Shown here piece after piece: positions 16,501 through 23,597 of a stretch of DNA of 32,000 nucleotides; the first letter of the stretch is position 1, and every line of letters starts with the position of its first letter. Both the position numbers and the translations under genes were made by a program. Under the pieces are notes generated by a model. The model worked only from the letters and a program-made list of their open reading frames with translations, had not been told where the DNA came from and ran no database searches. The stretch is from Nostoc punctiforme PCC 73102. Its GTDB lineage: Bacteria; Cyanobacteriota; Cyanobacteriia; Cyanobacteriales; Nostocaceae. Location: contig NC_010628.1 of assembly GCF_000020025.1 (NCBI RefSeq), positions 7,350,001 to 7,382,000 on the forward strand, written 5' to 3'.

Positions 16501-19129
16501 AGATTCAGCCCAAACAAACTTAGAAAATTTAGGAACGGAAGAGAACAATAACTTAGAAACTGCTTTTGAATTACCAAAAAACCCGGATTTAGAAGACACA
16601 CATCTGGGTTTTGCAAATGCTTTACTTTTTACAGAAACTGCTCTATTAGAAGCAATTAACCAGGAAGAATTAGAAGAAAACGCGGCAACAATTAATTCGC
16701 AAGATGTCAATGACTTCACACAAACGATTATTCAGGAAGATGTAGAAACCGATTTATATGATTTAGGAGAGACATCTAAATCTGTAATAGTGTCAGAGGA
16801 AGAAAATGCTATTGTTGCCTCAACTGAAGAATTGGTAATGACAGAAACCGTTGAAGTAGTTGCTCCAGAAGATGATTTTGCAGACTTGGAAGCATTATTA
16901 GGAGAGGAAATAGCACTTAACTCCAAAACTGCCTCAATACCAGAAGTAGATTTTGCAGCCCTGGAAGAATTGCTCGGTACAGATAACGACAGCGATGTCC
17001 ACGACGGGCTACGCCAACGCCAACCCTTCAATACTCAACCAGTCTTGGCGAAAAATGACGTTCCATCACCAGCTATAGATGAATTTGGTGACTTGGAGAA
17101 GTTGTTGGCAGAAGCGGATCAAACAATATCCCATTCACCAGCAGCAAAATCGAACACCAGCAAACCTCCCCGTCCCTCTACTCGTCGGGCTGCAAGATTT
17201 GAAGAAACGATGAAGGTTCCAGTTAAGCAACTGGACGATATGAGTAATTTAGTCGGGGAGTTGGTGGTAAATCGCAATACCTTAGAGCAAGATCATGAAC
17301 GGCTACGGCAGTCATTAGATAACTTGCTGATTCAGGTACAACAACTCTCGGATGTGGGCGCAAGGATGCAAGAGTTGTACGAGCGATCGCTCCTAGAAGC
17401 CTCTCTATTAGCAGGACGCAAAAAGAAAGACCCTGGCTTACAAGCACCTGATTCCAACGCCGATAGGGGTTTTAGCGAGTTAGAAATGGATCGTTTTACT
17501 CCCTTCCATACACTCTCACAGCAGATGATCGAACGCATTGTGCGAGTGCGTGAGTCGGCAAGTGACATTGATTTTGTCACCGAAGAAACCGAGCGAGTTG
17601 CAAGGCAGTTCCGCCAAGTAACCACCCAGCTACAAGAGGGATTAACAAGAGCGCGAATGGTTCCTTTTGCCCAAACTATCGATCGCTGGCGGCGAGGAGT
17701 GCGCGACAACGCCATCAAGTGTGGCAAACAAGTGGAGTTGGTAATCGAAGGTGGCGATACCTTAATTGACAAGATGATTTTGGATCATCTGACCGATCCA
17801 TTAACTCACATGTTGAATAATGCGATCGCTCACGGTATTGAAACGCCAGAAGAACGACAAGCTGCTGGTAAACCACACGTGGGAATCATTACTATCCGTG
17901 CCTTCCACCAAGGCAACCAAACAATCATTTCTGTAGGCGATGATGGCGCAGGTATCGATTCTGCCAAGGTTAAGGCTAAGGCGGTGAAGATTGGGATGAT
18001 TACAGAAGCGCAAGCAAAAGCTATGTCTCGCCTGGAAGTCTACGATCTGCTATTCCAGTCTGGTTTTACAATCAAAGACCAAGCAGATGAAATTTCCGGT
18101 CGTGGTGTGGGTATGGACGTAGTGCGTTCCGAAATTAGCGAAATTCGGGGGACAGTGAACACCGATTCTGCGATTGGTAAGGGAACCACCTTTACGATTC
18201 GTTTACCACTGACTTTGAGTATTTGTAAAGCTCTCTGCTGCGTCTCCGATCGCTCCAGGATCGCCTTCCCGATGGATGGTGTAGAAGATACGCTGGATAT
18301 ACCAGTGAAAAATATTCAGCACGATGCCAATGGACAATCATTTATTTCCTGGCGCGATACGGTGCTGCCATTCCGACCCCTGAAGGAGCTTTTAACCTTC
18401 AATCGTCAAATCAGTCGCGGTAATGTCTATGGCGGTACGCGAGATGATGATATGGTTTCTGTGGTTGTGGTGCGATCGGCAAATACCCTGATTGCTCTAC
18501 AGATTGACCTAGTGTTAAGCGAACAAGAAATTGTAATTAAGCAATTTGAAGGCCCAGCACCTAAACCCATTGGTGTCGCCGGTGCTACAGTCTTGGGTGA
18601 TGGTCGGATTATGCCTATTGCCGATGTGCTGGAAATAATAGACATCTTCCAGGGACGGATTTCTACACAAATGGGTGGCAATTCTTGGCAGCAGAAAGGG
18701 GCTCCCATAGACACCTCTCCTGCGAAGATTGACCCGACAGTGCTGATCGTTGATGACTCCATTACAGTCCGAGAATTGCTATCCCTGACATTTAACAAAG
18801 CCGGTTATCGTGTAGAACAGGCGCGTGATGGACAGGAAGCTTGGGATAAACTCCGCTCCGGTCTGCCTTGCGATATCGTATTTTGCGACATCGAAATGCC
18901 CCGCTGCGATGGTCTGGAATTACTCTCTCGCATTCAGAAAGACTCTAACCTCAACCACCTACCGATCGCTATGCTCACCTCGCGGGGTGCAGATAAGCAC
19001 AGACAAATTGCAGCTCAACTTGGTGCTAGTGGCTACTTTACCAAGCCCTATCTCGAAGAAGCTCTCCTTGAAGCTGCGGCGCGGATGTTAAAAGGGGAAA
19101 AACTTGTTAGCACTACGAGTAATGTTTAG
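13532..19129 (+). CDS. hmpE: Hybrid CheA-like histidine kinase, HmpE/PilL-like (Hpt, ~850-aa acidic linker, dimerisation + HATPase, CheW-like domain, C-terminal receiver)
   Basis: Hpt motif AAHSIKGGAAMLG (His codon 13676-13678). ATPase boxes HMLNNAIAHGIE, GDDGAGID and SGRGVGMDVV. A CheW-like region follows, then REC VLIVDDS...DIVFCDIEMPRCDG...YFTKPY. It is a single uninterrupted 1865-codon frame. Confidence 0.9.
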   Translation: MLPEQQQRILGYFIEEARDHLNTIEQGLLNLEGTLNDPEMISEVFRAAHSIKGGAAMLGLTSIQHTSHRLEDCFKVLKDNPVQIDQKLESLFLGVSDTLKSLLEHLSGPYGLSEDAANTLMSETEPVFQWLYEHLELLVQQGKSGVSSNPDATELHTTSVENVSTLTELFLRRDIPSLAEDTHQESPEISVSIAPQQVRDANAARDARRLANAALSPVTAKEHNNWGEFQAQVLQTLREMLQLFKQTTTPSTRQNLQQCCYQLVKLGETWNLSKWCGLCQAAASAIGNPENSYLTLAKIVITEIKQAQELVLQGRETEIAISQQLEALLSLAEIELLEVTPDLFDEQSAALTESSITLEPILSGNTEQLDLAQTTEELNLDKDTSDSAALASPEASGYANVKGDRPYVQQGTPLNAATHTSFSFTTHDEAHPISNNLDPNGPEVGIAELNTLADLFEGETPELDESWHQEETLDIVAIDDFGIDFSNTDAEDAHSDLSDLLSLDQVATTATTEDLSLLFGDNFLEKENSEPQHQQTSATAPELSSINVLDINLDSSSEDLQEFIDIPSETNQLAGVNKNDVVEDLLTLALDDDFEILPTDEVTQPETEAFATVELSTNQPNNFDNLFSESRNANWVEEITPSDYIELPQETGFSSDNLFAEMEEETLLPTSEPEIVDLFDTSTVTTPEFSQSDNDLSSFWNQESTEEQDDFNSLIEQNVERALEESLFATTDDIFADSQQSIPSDRASFGLEELDINFQHEEQLDLIFSSDSGNDLFDELAQSDSTISPGISNTPTPETPFFAQHLGEETLRSQQPEALDFAPEFTHQFPEISAVDLELDSFGSFDENPQLLFEDVDTDSTYIQMETTVDTVDELSLTETLDSVQAQPNDLFGSFDENPQLLFEDVDTDSTYIQMETTVDTVDELSLTETLDSVQAQPNDLFGSFDENPQLLFEDVATDSIYIQIETTVDTVDELSLTETSLDISFGETSDSAQTNLENLGTEENNNLETAFELPKNPDLEDTHLGFANALLFTETALLEAINQEELEENAATINSQDVNDFTQTIIQEDVETDLYDLGETSKSVIVSEEENAIVASTEELVMTETVEVVAPEDDFADLEALLGEEIALNSKTASIPEVDFAALEELLGTDNDSDVHDGLRQRQPFNTQPVLAKNDVPSPAIDEFGDLEKLLAEADQTISHSPAAKSNTSKPPRPSTRRAARFEETMKVPVKQLDDMSNLVGELVVNRNTLEQDHERLRQSLDNLLIQVQQLSDVGARMQELYERSLLEASLLAGRKKKDPGLQAPDSNADRGFSELEMDRFTPFHTLSQQMIERIVRVRESASDIDFVTEETERVARQFRQVTTQLQEGLTRARMVPFAQTIDRWRRGVRDNAIKCGKQVELVIEGGDTLIDKMILDHLTDPLTHMLNNAIAHGIETPEERQAAGKPHVGIITIRAFHQGNQTIISVGDDGAGIDSAKVKAKAVKIGMITEAQAKAMSRLEVYDLLFQSGFTIKDQADEISGRGVGMDVVRSEISEIRGTVNTDSAIGKGTTFTIRLPLTLSICKALCCVSDRSRIAFPMDGVEDTLDIPVKNIQHDANGQSFISWRDTVLPFRPLKELLTFNRQISRGNVYGGTRDDDMVSVVVVRSANTLIALQIDLVLSEQEIVIKQFEGPAPKPIGVAGATVLGDGRIMPIADVLEIIDIFQGRISTQMGGNSWQQKGAPIDTSPAKIDPTVLIVDDSITVRELLSLTFNKAGYRVEQARDGQEAWDKLRSGLPCDIVFCDIEMPRCDGLELLSRIQKDSNLNHLPIAMLTSRGADKHRQIAAQLGASGYFTKPYLEEALLEAAARMLKGEKLVSTTSNV
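14127..14180 (+). repeat. SDR cluster inside hmpE (CGCTAACGCTGCGC twice; left copy of a 24-bp inverted pair at 14157-14180)
   Basis: The sequence GCGAGACGCTAACGCTGCGCGAGACGCTCGCAGACTCGCTAACGCTGCGCTATCGC is translated as RDANAARDARRLANAALS. Confidence 0.75.
14685..14708 (-). repeat. Right copy of the 24-bp inverted pair inside hmpE
   Basis: GCGATAGCGCAGCGTTAGCGAGTC is the exact reverse complement of 14157-14180. It is translated as (D)SAALAS(P). Confidence 0.9.
16055..16516 (+). repeat. In-frame 150-bp (50-codon) tandem triplication inside the hmpE acidic linker
   Basis: Copy 1 (16055-16204) and copy 2 (16205-16354) differ at one synonymous base (16165 A vs 16315 C). Copy 3 (from 16355) carries 3 substitutions (D>A, T>I, M>I), then an internal insertion and a degenerate tail to ~16516. 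Confidence 0.95.
16992..17020 (+). repeat. SDR copy embedded in frame in hmpE
   Basis: GCGATGTCCACGACGGGCTACGCCAACGC matches the intergenic copy GCGATGTCTACGACGGGCTACGCCTACGC (328-356) at 27 of 29 positions. It is translated as (S)DVHDGLRQR. Confidence 0.8.
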
Positions 19130-19139
19130 TTAGTAATGA

Positions 19140-19169
19140 AAAACTCCATCCCCTTTTGGGTGGAGTTTT
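19140..19169 (+). terminator. Intrinsic terminator-like hairpin after hmpE
   Basis: AAAACTCCATCC-CCTTTT-GGGTGGAGTTTT forms a 12-bp stem (one G-U pair) with an A-tract/T-tract arrangement, 11 nt after the hmpE stop. A weaker second hairpin follows: GGCATGGGG...CCCCTGCC (~19172-19200). Confidence 0.7.
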
Positions 19170-20029
19170 GAGGCATGGGGAAGAGTTAACAATGCCCCTG
19201 CCGACTTTCAATAAAAAATAATTACTCAGTTTGAATAAATAATCGAAATATACTATACATAGATTTTTTGTGGCAAAACCAAACTAAAATAATTATCTTT
19301 CCAAATTTATATGCTTTGGTTCGTACCACTTTTTGAGGATAATCCCAAAATAGCTGAAAATATTGCCTAAATGGCAACATTGCTCTGCTGAGTTTAGGTA
19401 CTGTCAGTGTTAAGTTGATCCATTCTGGATTCTACACTCAGACTTAATCTTTCGGTTACATAAAGGTTGTATAAAGTACTATACTTAACTGCTTTTAGTA
19501 CTGAATTTCAAATTTGTACTATCATCTGCTCAACTTTATATATACGGGAGGAAGAAATTTGGTATACCTAATTATTGGTCTATACCAAAATCTACGTTAG
19601 AAAGAGAACAGATTGAACATCTAAAGAAGAGACACTATAACGATGCAAAACTACGTTATAGCCTTAAATAAGAATGAAATTGGGTGCACATCATCAGTAA
19701 AAACTAAATATGAAGCTTTTCTGTACTTGACTAGTGCTAGATTTAAGTTACTCTTAAAGCGGAATGCTTCATGTAAGAATCTACCCTGACAGAAGTGTAT
19801 AAAGATATAGTTAAATTTAGCAATTCTGTCCGAGATTTTTAATTTGCAAACTGAATAGTTTGATACGGCGCTCAAAATCGCGATCTACTACCCTAAACAA
19901 GGTAGTCAATTAACGACTCAATATTATCTGTCTGGTAATTGTAGTGAATAGTTTACAATACCAGTGGATGAGAAAATCTAAAGAAAATATAAAAGAAACT
20001 CAAATGACTGTGGTGTCTGGAGGACAAAA

Positions 20030-20374
20030 GTGTTTCTGAGACTAGCACATCAACATCGACAATTCGTCCAAGACTTGGTAATGAACCTGCAAGCCTTGGC
20101 GGTCGTATTAGAGCGGCGCGGGTATCCTGCTTCTTGTTATACCTGTGGCGACCAAATGAATAGTGCATCGTTTATGGTTAGCTTGGGTGATAACCACCTG
20201 ATTCGGTTTTTGGTGTCCGATTACGGGATTACTTGGACGGAAATGCGGGATGATCGCGAATTAATGAAGCTAGAAGGCGCAGAGGCAATTAGCCAACTGG
20301 ACGAACTGGCTGATCTTGTCAAGCAATCTATGCAAACCGATACAGACTCTAAAATTCTTGCCAAGAAATATTAA
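20030..20374 (+). CDS. Hypothetical protein (114 aa), family not recognised
   Basis: GTG 20030 is preceded by GGAGGA (20019-20024) at a 5-nt spacing. The amino-acid composition looks protein-like (..LIRFLVSDYGITWTEMRDDRELMKLEGAEAISQLDELADLVKQ..). Alternative start at ATG 20081. Confidence 0.5.
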   Translation: MFLRLAHQHRQFVQDLVMNLQALAVVLERRGYPASCYTCGDQMNSASFMVSLGDNHLIRFLVSDYGITWTEMRDDRELMKLEGAEAISQLDELADLVKQSMQTDTDSKILAKKY

Positions 20375-20591
20375 GGTTCCAAAGGTCGATCGCAAATTAG
20401 AAATCGATTATCGGTAATTGGTAATGGTGGCTTAGTTAGCGATCGCTCTTATCTGTTCTCTATGACCATCAAGTGATTGGCTCGTAGCTAGCCGTCGCAC
20501 ATTTTTTGTATCTGTCAAAAGCTCACGATCCGGATTTTGAGCCTTTAGCTGAAAGTTAAAACGCACTGCTAATCACAATTAATATAATTAT

Positions 20592-20722
20592 TAATTACTA
20601 ATTGATTATTCATAATCAAAAGACAGGTCAAAAAACCTACAATTATCAAGCAAGTAACCCCATTGTGTTTGTAGTTTAAATCTACTTACATAACGAAATT
20701 ATGAATTATTAATTATTAATTA
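20592..20722. repeat. Long AT-rich imperfect inverted repeat (25-nt arms around an 81-bp core)
   Basis: Arms 20592-20616 and 20698-20722 pair at 22 Watson-Crick positions plus 1 G-T out of 25, with a perfect 9-bp core ATTCATAAT/ATTATGAAT. It lies between the convergent 20030-20374 ORF and the CHAT gene. Confidence 0.5.
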
Positions 20723-20807
20723 TAAATTTTTGATGAATTTTCTAGTTGACATATCAGCTACAAGCTGAAAAAAGCATTCTTTGGCAGAGGTGGGGAACGA
20801 ACAACAC

Positions 20808-22877
20808 CTAAAGCCCATTGCCAATCAAAATAAAGGATGCCCAGTAGTACGGGTGACTAAAATCACTAACCGCCCCCACGGGTACATTGTGACTTCTTAC
20901 CTTCCAGCTTCCATTAATTAATGAGACTTGAGCTTGTCGTAAGGTTTCAGCTTTAGTCAAATTCCCGGTGGAGATTATACCATAAAAAGCACTCATAAGT
21001 GCCTGTGTACCACCATCATCCACAGACCACAGCGAGGCGATCGCGGCTCTTGCGCCAGTTTGTTGCATCTGATAGCCAAAGCCCAAAATTTCCTCACCGT
21101 TACCTAACTTACCTCCTAAGCCGGTTTCACAGGCGCTCAACACTACCAAATCGACATGGGGGAGTGACCAAGTGGCGACATTTCTCAAGTTAACGCGATC
21201 GCCATTTCCGAATAAAATAAACGAATCTTCTGGTTTACCGACTACAAAGGCTGCATGAGTCGCTAAATGGACAATTGTATAATCATCCATTTGGGGTACA
21301 GCTACTTTGGGGCTAAAAGCATCGTCTAAAAGCTTCGTAGTTTCAGGAACCGTAGCGGCTAAGTTTTCCACTTCCTGCGTTGCAAAGGGCAAACCAGCAA
21401 AAGCAACCTGTCGATTCCCAACTTTAATTTGATAATTACCTTTAGTAAAAGCACCAGCTAAAACCCGCAAAGTAGATTCTTGTGGGGTATTTAAGTTAGT
21501 CAGACTGGCAGATGTAATGTGATTTACACCCAAACGCTGCACTAACCATTGTTTGCCATCATATAAAGCTGTTAAAGGAATATAACGTAACTGTTCATCT
21601 GGAGCGTAAATCAGAGTTTGTGTACCTGATTGCTTCAGGTCTTTTTCTATAGGTTTAATTAGCCAGTCATACAATTGGCGTGCAGGTGCTTTGATATTCC
21701 GGCTGGGGTTGATTAAAGCTTGGCGGAAAGCACCAATTGTTTGATGGAGGTTTTCGCGTTTTACAGCAACAGTGCGATGAATCGGTGGGGATTCAGGAGT
21801 GACTAATACCAATTCCAAGCTATCTTTTAAAATCAGTGGATAGAGGATTGCAGATTTTTGAGGCAATCTTGCCAAATTATCCCGAAGTTCGTTGAGATTC
21901 TCCAAATCCAAATTTTGCCGCCTAGCTGTACGGCTAATTTGGTCTACCTGTGCCTTCACTGAAGGACTATTGATAAATTCGTTAAATTTATCCAAAAGTT
22001 GTTGTTGATTTAAGACTAATTGCTCGATTCGTTGTTTTTGTTCGAGCGATCGCTCCTTAGGAGAAATTTTCCGTAGTGTTGTTAGTTCTTTACCCAACGC
22101 AACAGCACTATCCAAGGTTTGATCCAACTTTTGCTTAATTGGTTTTTCTGTAGCTGCTATATTAATACCTTTGACAGTACGTTTATTACCTGGCACAGCC
22201 TGGAGATATTCTTCTAGTTCTTCAACTTTGAGTAAATCCATTGTCCTTTGTGCTTCAGCAACACGTTCTTGTTTGAGCAATCGTTCACCCAAAATCCGAT
22301 ATGTCTGGCTAACAGTTATGCTGTAAGCATTTGGTTGTGGCGCACTCAGTGCTGATGGATTCAAGCGAGCTTTTTCACGGTTAATTAAGCAATGCTTGTA
22401 GAAAAAAATTGCTAATTCTGGTTGATTTTGGATATCAAATAAGTAACCTATGTTACTGTAGGTTTTGCCAAGCCGAACAAGATCCCCAAGTTCTCTATTT
22501 ATTAATAGAGCTTGCTGATAAGATTGAAGTGCTTCAGGATACTTTCTTTGACTTTGGTAGATTCTGCCGATGTTATTGAATGTTACCGCTTCCCAAGAGC
22601 GCTCTCCACGTTCTCTAGTAATGGCTAGTGCTTGCTGTAATCTCTGCAACGCTTCTTCCGATTGACCTTGCCGAGATTCTTTGATAGCTTCTTCATTGAG
22701 TCTTTCAATTTCTAAAAGCTGATTATTCTGGGATAAAGCTTGAGCTTTTTCTCCAAAGTTGTATTTCAACCTTGTATTTGTAGTTACCTGGTTCTTGTCT
22801 GGGTATACCATCCCAAAACCGAGTAAACTAAGTATAGTTAAAGTAATAAGACTAACATACCGGAGATTAGGCTGCAT
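20808..22877 (-). CDS. TPR-repeat + CHAT-domain (caspase-like peptidase) protein with an N-terminal signal/anchor
   Basis: Hydrophobic N-terminus MQPNLRYVSLITLTILSLLGFGMVYP. TPR-like repeats follow (..AVTFNNIGRIYQSQRKYPEALQSYQQAL..). The C-terminal CHAT hallmarks are VHLATHAAF (His), DLVVLSACETGLG (Cys), ASLWSVDD and HPYYWASFILIGN. Confidence 0.85.
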   Translation of the reverse strand: MQPNLRYVSLITLTILSLLGFGMVYPDKNQVTTNTRLKYNFGEKAQALSQNNQLLEIERLNEEAIKESRQGQSEEALQRLQQALAITRERGERSWEAVTFNNIGRIYQSQRKYPEALQSYQQALLINRELGDLVRLGKTYSNIGYLFDIQNQPELAIFFYKHCLINREKARLNPSALSAPQPNAYSITVSQTYRILGERLLKQERVAEAQRTMDLLKVEELEEYLQAVPGNKRTVKGINIAATEKPIKQKLDQTLDSAVALGKELTTLRKISPKERSLEQKQRIEQLVLNQQQLLDKFNEFINSPSVKAQVDQISRTARRQNLDLENLNELRDNLARLPQKSAILYPLILKDSLELVLVTPESPPIHRTVAVKRENLHQTIGAFRQALINPSRNIKAPARQLYDWLIKPIEKDLKQSGTQTLIYAPDEQLRYIPLTALYDGKQWLVQRLGVNHITSASLTNLNTPQESTLRVLAGAFTKGNYQIKVGNRQVAFAGLPFATQEVENLAATVPETTKLLDDAFSPKVAVPQMDDYTIVHLATHAAFVVGKPEDSFILFGNGDRVNLRNVATWSLPHVDLVVLSACETGLGGKLGNGEEILGFGYQMQQTGARAAIASLWSVDDGGTQALMSAFYGIISTGNLTKAETLRQAQVSLINGSWKVRSHNVPVGAVSDFSHPYYWASFILIGNGL

Positions 22878-22976
22878 AACAAAACACTCCCTATACTCGG
22901 AAGTGTAAATATTAAATCAATTAAGTTATGGAACGCAATGAATTTTTATGCTATTCCATATTTGGAAAATTTATAG

Positions 22977-23495
22977 GTGCTTAGAAAAGTGAAAATGTCA
23001 CAAGAAAAACCCAGCCAACCAAAATTACCACCCACCACCGCCCTTGATAATCCATCAAGTCATGAATTTGGGAATTGGTTTGAATATCCTCTAAGAGTGC
23101 AACCCCACCACACTGACTACTCTGGTGTTGTCTGGCACGGTTCTTATCTAGCTTGGATGGAAGAAGCGCGGATTGAATGCTTGCGATCTATAGGGATTGA
23201 ATTTGCTGATTTAGTTGCGATAGGTTGTGATTTACCAGTTGTAGAACTGTCGTTGCGTTATCATCGTTCAATTCAATTGGGTATGGCAGTGGTAGTAAAA
23301 ACGCGCATGGCTGAGGTAACAGGTGTCCGAATTAATTGGGATTATGCCATTGTCTCAACTGATGGGCAAGAATTATACGTTACTGCCAAGGTGACTTTAG
23401 TAGCTTTAGATCGCGAAAGAGGCAAGATTATGCGTCAGTTGCCGCCAAGTTTTAAGGATGCATTAGCCAAGATTTCAGCATTAAATAATGATTGA
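22977..23495 (+). CDS. Hotdog-fold acyl-CoA thioesterase (4HBT/YbgC-like)
   Basis: YPLRVQPHHTDYSGVVWHGSYLAWMEEARIECLRSIG is the typical 4HBT N-terminal active-site region. The start is either GTG 22977 or ATG 22995. The specific substrate (for example DHNA-CoA) cannot be assigned from sequence alone. Confidence 0.75.
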   Translation: MLRKVKMSQEKPSQPKLPPTTALDNPSSHEFGNWFEYPLRVQPHHTDYSGVVWHGSYLAWMEEARIECLRSIGIEFADLVAIGCDLPVVELSLRYHRSIQLGMAVVVKTRMAEVTGVRINWDYAIVSTDGQELYVTAKVTLVALDRERGKIMRQLPPSFKDALAKISALNND

Positions 23496-23540
23496 GCAGT
23501 ATCCTATGTCAGAGTTTAACTATCCCTAATAAGTTGCTAA

Positions 23541-23570
23541 AGTAGGGCCAATTCATGAATTGCCTCTACT
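23541..23570. terminator. Palindromic Nostoc-type hairpin repeat (core CAATTCATGAATTG) between convergent genes
   Basis: AGTAGGGC-CAATTCATGAATTG-CCTCTACT has a 14-bp perfect palindromic core. The flanks pair with one mismatch and one G-T. Confidence 0.55.
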
Positions 23571-23597
23571 TGTCTAGTAAATAATTAATCTTACTTT

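Noticed and set aside
13339-16516. Possibility that the heptamer arrays or the 150-bp repeats form a CRISPR array
   Set aside because: The heptamers are contiguous, with no spacers. The 150-bp units are directly abutting, in frame and coding. No cas genes are present.
16420-18798. Several 70-146-aa ORFs on the minus strand (16420-16719, 16732-17031, 17223-17447, 17332-17772, 17801-18013, 18427-18798)
   Set aside because: All lie antisense within the strongly supported hmpE frame, which has recognisable Hpt, HATPase, CheW and REC motifs. Their Ser/Arg/Thr-rich compositions are typical of antisense shadow ORFs. None has a visible RBS.
13532-19129. Possibility that hmpE is really two genes (as with pilL-N and pilL-C in Synechocystis) or a pseudogene disrupted by repeats
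   Set aside because: The frame is continuous for 1865 codons. Every repeat insertion preserves the frame. No internal stop or obvious internal RBS/start boundary is visible.
19469-19482. Possible NtcA binding site (GTA-N8-TAC) in the GTACT-rich stretch
   Set aside because: The best candidates read GTA-N8-TAT and GTA-N8-AAC. Neither matches the required TAC half-site, and neither is correctly spaced from a -10 box.
19651-19875. 74-aa minus-strand ORF in the ORF-poor region
   Set aside because: There is no Shine-Dalgarno. The composition is AT-driven (F/K/N/I/L-rich), and I recognise no motif. I treated the region as non-coding, but a translated search would settle it.
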